The position numbers and the translations under genes were made by a program. A DNA stretch of 64,000 bases from positions 4,697 to 68,696 of the forward strand of contig JBBTPY010000008.1 of NCBI GenBank assembly GCA_038065955.1, in the 5' to 3' direction. Positions 36,881 through 44,584 of the stretch are shown here, one piece after another; the first letter of the stretch is position 1; the number at the start of each line of letters is the position of its first letter. The notes beneath the pieces were generated by a model. That model did not search any database. It had not been told where the DNA came from and saw only the letters and a list, made by a program, of their open reading frames with translations. Origin of the DNA: Patescibacteria group bacterium (GTDB lineage Bacteria > Patescibacteriota > Minisyncoccia > UBA6257 > UBA9933).

Positions 36881-38710
36881 ATGCGTGAAATAAAATTTTC
36901 TCACTTAGCCGAGGTTTTTGGCCGGCTGGAAAAAACAGCGTCTTCTTTGGCGATGATTGATATTTTGGCGGAGTTTTTCCCGAAAATTTCGCCGGAAGAA
37001 GCGAAAATCAGCGCCTATCTTTTGCGTGGCGAATTGAGTCCGCCTTATGAAGGTTTAGAAATCGGTTTAGCGGAAAAAATGGTTATTCGCGGAATCAGCC
37101 GTTTGAAAAATATGGAAATTTATCAAATTGCTCGGTTGTATCAAAAAACAGGCGATTTAGGGGTTGCAGTTGAAGAATTGAAAAAAGGCGAAAAAAGCCT
37201 GCCTGCCGGCAGGTATGGCCCGCCTGCCGGCAGGTATGGCCTGCCTGCCGGCAGGTATGGCCTGCCTGCCGGCAGGCAGGGCCTGACGATTAAAGAAGTT
37301 TTTGAAAAGTTAATTGAGATTGCTAAAACCGGCGGCGAAGGTTCGCAGGAGAAAAAAATAAATTTATTAGCGGATTTATTGTCAAAGGCGTCGGCTGAAG
37401 AGGCGAAATATATTATTCGGACGGTTCTAGGGACTTTAAGATTGGGCGTGGGCGAGATGATTTTTTTATATGGGCTAGCCAAGGCGTTTGGAGCCGGAAA
37501 GAAAGATAAAGAAGTTTTAGAATATGCCTTTAATGTTTTATCGGATTTAGGAGAAGTGGCTTACATTATTTCGCGAGACGGGCTCAAGGGGATAATGGCC
37601 ATTAAGCCGAAAGTCGGCGCGCCTATCAGAATGATGTCATCAAACAGAATTAAAGAATTAGATGAAGTAAAAAAACATATTGAGGGAGTAGTATCGGTTG
37701 AAGATAAATATGACGGCGAAAGAATTCAGGCGCATATTAAGAAAAACGGCGAAACTTCGCTTTTTTCGCGGCGTCAAGAAAAAATCACCCATCAATATCC
37801 GGATATAATAAGCGGATTAAAAAAATATTTTCGTGGAAAAGAGGCGATTATTGAAGGCGAGGTGGTGGCTTATGATGAAAAAAACGACAAACTGCTTCCT
37901 TTTCAAATTTTAATGTCGCGGCGGCGAAAACATAATATAGAAGAATATGTCAAAAAAATTCCGGTTCGTTATTTTTTGTTTGATTTACTTTATTTGGACG
38001 GAGAAAATTATTTAAATAAATCGCTAAAAGAAAGACGAATTGCTTTAGAGCGTTTTTTTCAAAAAATCGGAGTAATTGATTTTGGCAAATACGCGCTTAC
38101 GGATGATTTATCCGAAATTGAATCTTATTTCGGCGAATCGGTCAAAAGAGGAAACGAAGGGGTGATGATTAAAGATTGGTCAGGGATTTATCGGGCCGGC
38201 AGCCGCGGCTGGTTGTGGATTAAATTTAAGAAAGATTATCGCGATGAGTTGACGGATACTTTTGATTTGGTTGTTGTCGGCGCGCTTTACGGCGCGGGCC
38301 GGCGCGCCGGAACTTACGGCTCGCTTTTGGCGGCGGTTTATGACCCGAAAATAAATAAATATTATTCGTTTACCAAAGTCGGCACGGGTTTTACCGATGA
38401 AGTTTTGGCCAAATTATTGAAGATGTTTGAGAAATATAAAATTAAGGAAAAACATAAATTAGTTGAAACAAATATGAAAGTTGATGTTTGGTTTGAGCCA
38501 AAAATTGTGATGGAAGTTTCGGGGGCGGAAATTACGGTTTCGCCGGTCCACACGGCGGCAAGAGATAAAATAGAAAAAGCCCTGCCTGCCGGCAGGCAGG
38601 GCGGTTTGGCCTTGCGGTTTCCGAGATTTTTAAGATGGCGCGACGATAAATCGGCCGAAAACGCGACAACAACCAAAGAAATTTTTGACATATATAAATT
38701 GGCGTCTTAA
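36881..38710 (+). CDS. lig: ATP-dependent DNA ligase (archaeal/eukaryal type with DNA-binding domain)
   Basis: KYDGER, EGEVV, FDLLY, EGVMIK, WIKFK, LRFPRF. Confidence 0.95.
   Translation: MREIKFSHLAEVFGRLEKTASSLAMIDILAEFFPKISPEEAKISAYLLRGELSPPYEGLEIGLAEKMVIRGISRLKNMEIYQIARLYQKTGDLGVAVEELKKGEKSLPAGRYGPPAGRYGLPAGRYGLPAGRQGLTIKEVFEKLIEIAKTGGEGSQEKKINLLADLLSKASAEEAKYIIRTVLGTLRLGVGEMIFLYGLAKAFGAGKKDKEVLEYAFNVLSDLGEVAYIISRDGLKGIMAIKPKVGAPIRMMSSNRIKELDEVKKHIEGVVSVEDKYDGERIQAHIKKNGETSLFSRRQEKITHQYPDIISGLKKYFRGKEAIIEGEVVAYDEKNDKLLPFQILMSRRRKHNIEEYVKKIPVRYFLFDLLYLDGENYLNKSLKERRIALERFFQKIGVIDFGKYALTDDLSEIESYFGESVKRGNEGVMIKDWSGIYRAGSRGWLWIKFKKDYRDELTDTFDLVVVGALYGAGRRAGTYGSLLAAVYDPKINKYYSFTKVGTGFTDEVLAKLLKMFEKYKIKEKHKLVETNMKVDVWFEPKIVMEVSGAEITVSPVHTAARDKIEKALPAGRQGGLALRFPRFLRWRDDKSAENATTTKEIFDIYKLAS
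37198..37281. repeat. 4 x 21-nt palindromic insertion in ligase (LPAGRYG/LPAGRQG)
   Basis: CCYGCCTGCCGGCAGGTATGG x3 + CCTGCCTGCCGGCAGGCAGGG. Confidence 0.95.
38579..38602. repeat. Single palindromic insertion in ligase (LPAGRQG)
   Basis: Perfect 24-bp GCCCTGCCTGCC|GGCAGGCAGGGC. Confidence 0.95.
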
Positions 38711-38745
38711 AATAGCGGTAAAGGTCGTTGATTAATTCATAAAAA

Positions 38746-39708
38746 ATGAAAACAAAAAAATATTTAGTGATTTTTAGCGGAATGATTTTATCGGCAGGAT
38801 TAGTTGTTCTTATTGGAGCGGCGATGGCTGAGGAGGGCGCGACGTCGATGACGAGTATGCCGTCGATTATTGAAGATATTTCGAGGAAAGATTTAAGACA
38901 AGAGCTATCTATTAAAGAAATTCCCGGCCGAGTGGTTTGTCTGGGAATAGGTATTTGTCCTTCAACGGGAGCTAATTCATCCACGGAAGTTTTGATTAAA
39001 GCCGCCAAAGTTATTGAAATCGGCGCCGGCTATCTGAAGATTTCAATTTTCAGTTATATTTATAAAATTGACATATCCGGTTCTAAGGTTGTTCGGTACG
39101 GGTGGGGAGAATCGGCGATTGACGAATTTTCTATCGGCGATATCGTCAATGTCCACGGCTATCTTGACGCGAGCGATAATTATTTGGTTCACGCTAAAAC
39201 GGTCAGAAACGTTTCAATTCAAAAAGTTCACAGCGTTTTCAGGGGTATGATTGAAGGCATTGACGCGACTAGTACGACTTTCACGATGGCGACGGAAGAA
39301 GCCGGTAGTCAGGCGGTTATTGTGAACGGCGACACGAAAATCGTCAAACAGATGAATATAGTCTGCATTACGACTCCTTGTTTGCCGATTTATACAACCG
39401 GCTCGTTCAGCGATTTGCAGGCTGGGATGAGAGTGACAGTTCGCGGCCTTTGGAATAAAACTTCGTCAAAAATTCAGGCGAGAGTCGTGATTATCGGCGA
39501 CTTGCCTTTTCTTTTTAAGGGAAGAGAAGAAAAAATATTAGATAAAGAAAAAGAACATAAAGAAGAATATAAAGAATTCAAGAAAGAAGAAAAAGAAGAA
39601 TATGAAGTTAAAAAAGGCGGCACGGAAGGAATGATGTCTAAAATTTTAGACATTCAGAATCAATTAAATGGGTTAATGGAGAAATTAAACAAGATTAAGG
39701 CAGAATAG
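38746..39708 (+). CDS. Exported protein with two OB-like (DUF5666-like) domains and charged coiled-coil tail
   Basis: FSIGDIVNVHG and LQAGMRVTVRG repeats; CITTPC motif. Confidence 0.6.
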   Translation: MKTKKYLVIFSGMILSAGLVVLIGAAMAEEGATSMTSMPSIIEDISRKDLRQELSIKEIPGRVVCLGIGICPSTGANSSTEVLIKAAKVIEIGAGYLKISIFSYIYKIDISGSKVVRYGWGESAIDEFSIGDIVNVHGYLDASDNYLVHAKTVRNVSIQKVHSVFRGMIEGIDATSTTFTMATEEAGSQAVIVNGDTKIVKQMNIVCITTPCLPIYTTGSFSDLQAGMRVTVRGLWNKTSSKIQARVVIIGDLPFLFKGREEKILDKEKEHKEEYKEFKKEEKEEYEVKKGGTEGMMSKILDIQNQLNGLMEKLNKIKAE

Positions 39709-39716
39709 AGAATAAC

Positions 39717-39756
39717 AACAAAAAACACTCCGATTATAATCGGAGTGTTTTTTGTT
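39717..39756. terminator. Bidirectional terminator (perfect 40-bp palindrome)
   Basis: AACAAAAAACACTCCGATTA|TAATCGGAGTGTTTTTTGTT between convergent genes. Confidence 0.85.
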
Positions 39757-39770
39757 TTCAGATATCTTAT

Positions 39771-40970
39771 TTATCGCAAGAGTTTTTTAATTATTTCCAG
39801 CGCTTCTATAATTTCTTTTTTTGTCGTTGGTTTGCCGAAACTGAAACGCAAACTATTTTTTATTTGAGCGTCCGGCAAGCCGATGGCTTTAAGGACATAA
39901 GAAGGTTTAACCGCCCTGGCCGAACAGGCGCTGCCGGAAGAGACGGCGACGCCGTTAATGTCGAGTTTAATAAGTAAATCTTGGGCGTTTTGGCCGGGGA
40001 AGCGGATGTTTAAGATATTGGGCAGTTTTTTAACGTCCGACATCTGACATTTGATATTTGACACTCCGTTAATTTCCGCTTGCGGACAGATTTTTTTAAT
40101 TTCTCGCCAAAAATAATCCGCCAAATCGCCAATTCTTTTATTTTCTTCGGCGCGGTTTTTAATGATTATTTCGGCGGCCTTGGCAAAACCGATAATGGAA
40201 GAAACGTTTTCCGTGCCGGAACGAAGCCCGAATTCTTGTCCGCCGCCGGTAATTATAGGGTTTAGAGTATAGGGTTTAGGGTATAGGGCGCGAATATAAA
40301 GCGCGCCAATTCCTTTAGGTCCGTAAATTTTATGAGCGGACAAAGTCATTAAATCAATTCCGAGTTTATCAACATCGCAATCTAAAAATTGGAACGCTTG
40401 AACGGCGTCAGTGTGGAATAACGGGAATCTTGAATTATTTTTTTCTCTAAATTCTGAAATCAACTTACCTATTTCTTTGATTGGCTGGATGGTCCCGATT
40501 TCGTTGTTGGCGTATATTATTGAAACCAAAATTGTTCGTTCATTAAGCGATTCTTTTAATTTTTTCAAATTAACAAAGCCGTTTTTGTCAACCGGCAGAT
40601 AAATCACTTCAACGCCTTCTTTTTCCAAAGCGCGGCAAGTGTCTAAAATTGATTCGTGTTCAATCGCCGAGACGATAATTCTTGGATACTTAATACTTAA
40701 TACTTGATACTTGATACTTTTAATAATGCCGCGCAGAGCCAAGTTATTGGCCTCGGTGGCCGAGCCGGTGAAAATTATTTCCCGAAAATCCGCGTTAAGA
40801 GCCTTGGCGATTTTTTCCCGCGATTCGTCAACCGCTTTTAAAGCGTCTTGCCCGAATGAGTGAAGACTGCCCGGATTGCCGAATTTCTCGCTGAAATACG
40901 GCGACATCGCTTCAATGACTTTTTTATCCACCGGCGTTGTCGCCGCGTAATCAAAATAAATTCTTTTCAT
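39771..40970 (-). CDS. iscS: Cysteine desulfurase (IscS/NifS class I)
   Basis: YFDYAATTP, HTDAVQ, SAHKIYGPKG, SSGSAC. Confidence 0.93.
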   Translation of the reverse strand: MKRIYFDYAATTPVDKKVIEAMSPYFSEKFGNPGSLHSFGQDALKAVDESREKIAKALNADFREIIFTGSATEANNLALRGIIKSIKYQVLSIKYPRIIVSAIEHESILDTCRALEKEGVEVIYLPVDKNGFVNLKKLKESLNERTILVSIIYANNEIGTIQPIKEIGKLISEFREKNNSRFPLFHTDAVQAFQFLDCDVDKLGIDLMTLSAHKIYGPKGIGALYIRALYPKPYTLNPIITGGGQEFGLRSGTENVSSIIGFAKAAEIIIKNRAEENKRIGDLADYFWREIKKICPQAEINGVSNIKCQMSDVKKLPNILNIRFPGQNAQDLLIKLDINGVAVSSGSACSARAVKPSYVLKAIGLPDAQIKNSLRFSFGKPTTKKEIIEALEIIKKLLR

Positions 40971-41013
40971 AAATTTTATTGACAGATTTTAAGCAAATAC
41001 TATAATTAAACCA

Positions 41014-41754
41014 ATGACTAATCAAGAGAAATATTTATTGCCTTTGAGTATAATTATCGCCGCTTTATTGATTGTCGGCGCCGTTATTTATTCGGCCGGT
41101 TTGAAAAATGTTGAGCGGCCGGAGGCGGAGAAATCAAAAGAAAAACCGGTTTCCAGCGGAGTTGAGAATGTGTTGCCGATTTCCGAAAAAGACCATCCGC
41201 GCGGCAATCCCGAAGCGCCGGTAAAAATCATTGAATTTTCCGACATGGAATGCCCTTTTTGCAAGAGATTTCATCAGACGATGCTTACCGTAATGGAAGA
41301 ATACGGGAAAGACGGAAAAGTTGTCTGGGTTTATCGGCATTATCCGATAGAACAATTGCATTCAAAAGCCAAAAAAGCGGCGCTGGCCGCCGAATGCGCC
41401 GCTGAATTGGGCGGGGACAGCGGTTTTTGGAATTATCTTGACAAGTATTTTGAAATTACACCTTCAAATAATCTTATAAATCTTTCCGATTTGCCGAAAA
41501 TCGCCAAAGACATCGGTTTGGATAAAAGCCGATTTGAAGAATGTTTAGAAAGTGGCCGTTACGACGAATTAATAAAAGAACAAACGCAGAACGCGCTTGA
41601 TTCTGGTTCTCGCGGAACGCCCTATAGTGTTTTAATAAGCAAAGACGGTGAAAAATCTTCAATTAATGGCGCCTTGCCTTATGAAGATTTTGAAGGCCAA
41701 GACGGCGTAATGCAAAAAGGAGTAAGAGCGCTCATAGAAGAAGCGTTAAGATAA
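41014..41754 (+). CDS. DsbA-family thiol-disulfide oxidoreductase
   Basis: EFSDMECPFC, GTP cis-Pro motif, N-terminal TM. Confidence 0.92.
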   Translation: MTNQEKYLLPLSIIIAALLIVGAVIYSAGLKNVERPEAEKSKEKPVSSGVENVLPISEKDHPRGNPEAPVKIIEFSDMECPFCKRFHQTMLTVMEEYGKDGKVVWVYRHYPIEQLHSKAKKAALAAECAAELGGDSGFWNYLDKYFEITPSNNLINLSDLPKIAKDIGLDKSRFEECLESGRYDELIKEQTQNALDSGSRGTPYSVLISKDGEKSSINGALPYEDFEGQDGVMQKGVRALIEEALR

Positions 41755-41760
41755 ATTTTT

Positions 41761-41798
41761 GACATCTGACATCTGACATCTGACATTTAACATTTGAC
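41761..41798 (+). repeat. 7-nt tandem array GACATYT upstream of glyA
   Basis: GACATCT x3, GACATTT, AACATTT. Confidence 0.85.
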
Positions 41799-41799
41799 G

Positions 41800-43038
41800 A
41801 TGAAATTTACGCGCTTAAAAAAAACGGACGGCCGTCTTTATGAATTAATAACTTCCGAGATTAAAAGACAGAACGAGACGATTAATTTAATCGCTTCGGA
41901 GAATTTTGTTTCCCCGGAATTATTGGAAGCTTTAGGTTCTCCTTTAACTAATAAATATTCCGAAGGATATCCGGGTAAAAGATATTATCCCGGGAATTTT
42001 TATTATGACGAGATTGAAAAGTTGGCATGGGAACGGGCGTTGAAAGCCTTTGGTTTATCGGCTAAAAACTGGAGCGTCAATGTTCAGCCGTATTCCGGTT
42101 CGCCGGCGAATTTGGCCGTTTATTTGGCCTTAATGAAGCCATGCGAAGTTTTAATGGGAATGAATTTGGCAAGCGGCGGGCATTTGACTCACGGCCATTC
42201 GGCGAGTTTTTCCGGAAAATTATTTAAATCGATTCAATACGGAGTTAATCTCGAAACCGGCTTGTTGAATTACACGGAAATTGAAAAACTGGCGGAGAAA
42301 CATCGGCCGAAAATAATTATTTCCGGATTTACCGCTTATCCGAGAAAGATTGATTTTAAGCGCATTGGCGGAATCGCCAAGAAAGTTGGCGCGTATCATT
42401 TGGCGGATATTTCTCATATTGCCGGTTTGATTTCCGCCAAACTTCATCCCGCGCCGTTTTCTTGCGCTGATGTTGTGATGACGACAACTCATAAAACTTT
42501 GGCCGGGCCAAGAGGAGCGGTAATTTTTTCTCGCAAAGAATTGGCCGAAAAAATAGATAAATCCGTTTTCCCCGGTCTTCAAGGCGGGCCGCATAATAAC
42601 GCAATCGCGGCGATTGCTTTGGCTTTTGGCGAAGTGTTGAAGCCGAAATTTAAAAATGAGCAAAAACAGGCTGTTAAAAACGCCGAAGTTTTAGCCGAAG
42701 AGTTGAAAAAATACGGGTTTGATTTAATAACCGGCGGCACGGACAATCATTTGCTTTTAATGGATTTGAAAAATATTGGCATTGACGGCTTGGAAGCGGA
42801 AAGGAAATTGGAAAAAGCCGGCATTATCGCTAACCGCAATTCCATTGCCGGAGACGCTTCTCCTTTTAAACCGTCGGGCTTGCGCTTGGGAACGCCGGCA
42901 ATAACTGCCAGGGGAATAAAAGAAAAAGAAATGGAACGCGTTGCCGAGTGGATTTATAGAATTTTAATTAAAAAAGAAAATCAAACAGCGGTTAAAAAAG
43001 AGATATTGACTTTTCTTAAAAAGTATGATATTTATTGA
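41800..43038 (+). CDS. glyA: Serine hydroxymethyltransferase
   Basis: LIASENF, NKYSEGYPG, TTTHKTL, GGTDNHL. Confidence 0.97.
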   Translation: MKFTRLKKTDGRLYELITSEIKRQNETINLIASENFVSPELLEALGSPLTNKYSEGYPGKRYYPGNFYYDEIEKLAWERALKAFGLSAKNWSVNVQPYSGSPANLAVYLALMKPCEVLMGMNLASGGHLTHGHSASFSGKLFKSIQYGVNLETGLLNYTEIEKLAEKHRPKIIISGFTAYPRKIDFKRIGGIAKKVGAYHLADISHIAGLISAKLHPAPFSCADVVMTTTHKTLAGPRGAVIFSRKELAEKIDKSVFPGLQGGPHNNAIAAIALAFGEVLKPKFKNEQKQAVKNAEVLAEELKKYGFDLITGGTDNHLLLMDLKNIGIDGLEAERKLEKAGIIANRNSIAGDASPFKPSGLRLGTPAITARGIKEKEMERVAEWIYRILIKKENQTAVKKEILTFLKKYDIY

Positions 43039-43085
43039 TAATTAGTTGTTTTACATAAATCAAATAATATAAGGAGGATATTGAT

Positions 43086-43193
43086 ATGGAATTGATAAGG
43101 AAAGCGCTTGAATGGGCAACATTGGCGGCGTTTTTTATCGCACTGGCTTTATTATACAGCGCGGTAAAAAACATAAAAATAACAAAATTATAA
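43086..43193 (+). CDS. 35-aa orphan TM peptide
   Basis: AAGGAGG SD; MELIRKALEWATLAAFFIALALLYSAVKNIKITKL*. Confidence 0.55.
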   Translation: MELIRKALEWATLAAFFIALALLYSAVKNIKITKL

Positions 43194-43208
43194 AAAGGAG
43201 GAAATGAG

Positions 43209-43478
43209 ATGAAAAAATCAACAGAGATGAAAAGATCGACATTTGCTATTATTATTTTTAGTATTGGCATTGTAATTGTCTTGGTGGTTTCGATGGCGGA
43301 AATATTAATTGAAAAAGAAGAGCGCCGCGAATGTCTTCAGTGGAAAGAATGGTCGAAAGAAATAAAAAGATATTATTTAACTTCTTGGCAGAAAGAGCAA
43401 TGTGATAATCGTGGTATCAACATTAATGCCCCAGTAAAATATGAAAGGAGGCCAAATGAATTGTCCTTATATTTTTAA
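43209..43478 (+). CDS. Orphan single-TM protein with Cys pair
   Basis: AAGGAGG SD; ECLQW...WQKEQC. Confidence 0.6.
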   Translation: MKKSTEMKRSTFAIIIFSIGIVIVLVVSMAEILIEKEERRECLQWKEWSKEIKRYYLTSWQKEQCDNRGININAPVKYERRPNELSLYF

Positions 43479-43587
43479 CGCTATTGATTTTGTGTGTCCA
43501 CATTGTGGTGCATCAAACCCGGACGGTGGAGATAAATGTGGAAATTGTGAAAAAAATCCATATTTACTGCCACAAGATGATGAATAA
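43456..43587 (+). CDS. 43-aa zinc-ribbon orphan
   Basis: AAGGAGG SD; MNCPYIFNAIDFVCPHCGASNPDGGDKCGNCEKNPYLLPQDDE*. Confidence 0.6.
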   Translation: MNCPYIFNAIDFVCPHCGASNPDGGDKCGNCEKNPYLLPQDDE

Positions 43588-43658
43588 CTTACCGCTGAGG
43601 AGTTAAATGTGCTTTATGCCGCGCGTCACTATTCTTAGATTTTGTTCTTTATTTATAC

Positions 43659-43688
43659 AGAGGCTCCTTAAAAAGAGCCTCTTTTTTT
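43659..43688 (+). terminator. Intrinsic terminator closing islet 2
   Basis: AGAGGCTC...GAGCCTCT plus T run. Confidence 0.75.
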
Positions 43689-43734
43689 ATTTTTATTTTC
43701 CGTCTTGTTTTTATAAATTTCTCTATAAAAATAT

Positions 43735-43774
43735 TGTCTTCAAAATAACCACATATGTGGATATTTTGAAGACA
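43735..43774. repeat. Palindrome family 1, copy B
   Basis: TGTCTTCAAAATAACCACAT|ATGTGGATATTTTGAAGACA, one mismatch. Confidence 0.92.
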
Positions 43775-43836
43775 GCGATTTCAATTTTTAATATTTTTTT
43801 ACTCATTTTTCGAATTATTTTTATAAACCTTTAGTT

Positions 43837-43874
43837 ATCCTCAATTTATCCACATATGCGGGCGTTTTGAGGAT
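43837..43874. repeat. Palindrome family 1, copy C (degenerate right arm)
   Basis: ATCCTCAATTTATCCACAT|ATGCGGGCGTTTTGAGGAT. Confidence 0.85.
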
Positions 43875-43907
43875 GGTATTTATTATAATATTTATCATAA
43901 TAAATAT

Positions 43908-44417
43908 ATGGCTAAAACATCGCGCGCCGCCAGAAGACATATGATGGAATTGGGCAGGCTTTTTAATGATTTTAAAGAAATCAGCGATGAGTTGATGAGC
44001 GATTTTATCCAGCGGTATGAGAAGAAAAAATATTTAAATCAGAGTTTAAAGAGACTAATAGGTCGCGGCTTTATAAAAAAACAAGAAGGCAAATTAACCC
44101 TGACGGAAAAAGGAAAAAGATTTTTTCGCTCCTATTTTCCGATTTTACCAAGTGTCGTTAAATGGGACGGAAAATGGCGGATAGTCAGTTTTGACGTGCC
44201 GGGCGGTTATAGCGTAAAACGCGACCAGCTTAGAGGGCTTCTTAAAGAATTTGATTTTTATCAGCTTCAAAAAAGCGTTTGGATTTGTCCAAATTTCGTG
44301 GCGGAAGAATTTTGGAAAATCATTCTTAAAGAGGAATTAAATAAATATTGTAAAATGATGGTCGTTGATATTATGGAAGGGGATAGCGAAATTAAAAAAT
44401 ATTTTAAGATAATTTAA
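43908..44417 (+). CDS. PaaX-like protein (winged HTH + Cas2-like domain)
   Basis: LKRLIGRGFI...LTEKG wHTH; WDGKWRIVSFDVP...LQKSVWICP. Confidence 0.85.
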   Translation: MAKTSRAARRHMMELGRLFNDFKEISDELMSDFIQRYEKKKYLNQSLKRLIGRGFIKKQEGKLTLTEKGKRFFRSYFPILPSVVKWDGKWRIVSFDVPGGYSVKRDQLRGLLKEFDFYQLQKSVWICPNFVAEEFWKIILKEELNKYCKMMVVDIMEGDSEIKKYFKII

Positions 44418-44430
44418 ATTATGATTTGCG

Positions 44431-44466
44431 TCCTCAATTTATCCACATATGTGGATAAATTGAGGA
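44431..44466. repeat. Palindrome family 1, copy D (perfect 36 bp, two inverted perfect DnaA boxes)
   Basis: TCCTCAATTTATCCACAT|ATGTGGATAAATTGAGGA. Confidence 0.95.
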
Positions 44467-44509
44467 TAATGATAATAATGAAAATTAAGTTAAATTATTA
44501 TAATAAATA

Positions 44510-44545
44510 AAAAAAGAGGCATGATTTTAATCATACCTCTTTTAA
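44510..44545. terminator. Probable bidirectional terminator
   Basis: AAAAGAGGCATGAT...ATCATACCTCTTTT between paaX-like gene and comM. Confidence 0.6.
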
Positions 44546-44584
44546 TTTCTTAAATGTTAAGTATAAATTCAATTTTTTGAGATT

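Noticed and set aside
39717-39756. Third family of long perfect palindromes
   Set aside because: Single copy with A/T tails between convergent genes; explained as a bidirectional terminator
43607-43834. 75-aa ORF with GAGGAG upstream
   Set aside because: Runs through a terminator and palindrome B; low-complexity F/I/L translation
43735-44466. CRISPR array plus cas2
   Set aside because: Repeats are irregularly spaced with a whole gene between two of them; the protein has a wHTH (PaaX-type); no cas1 or effector genes
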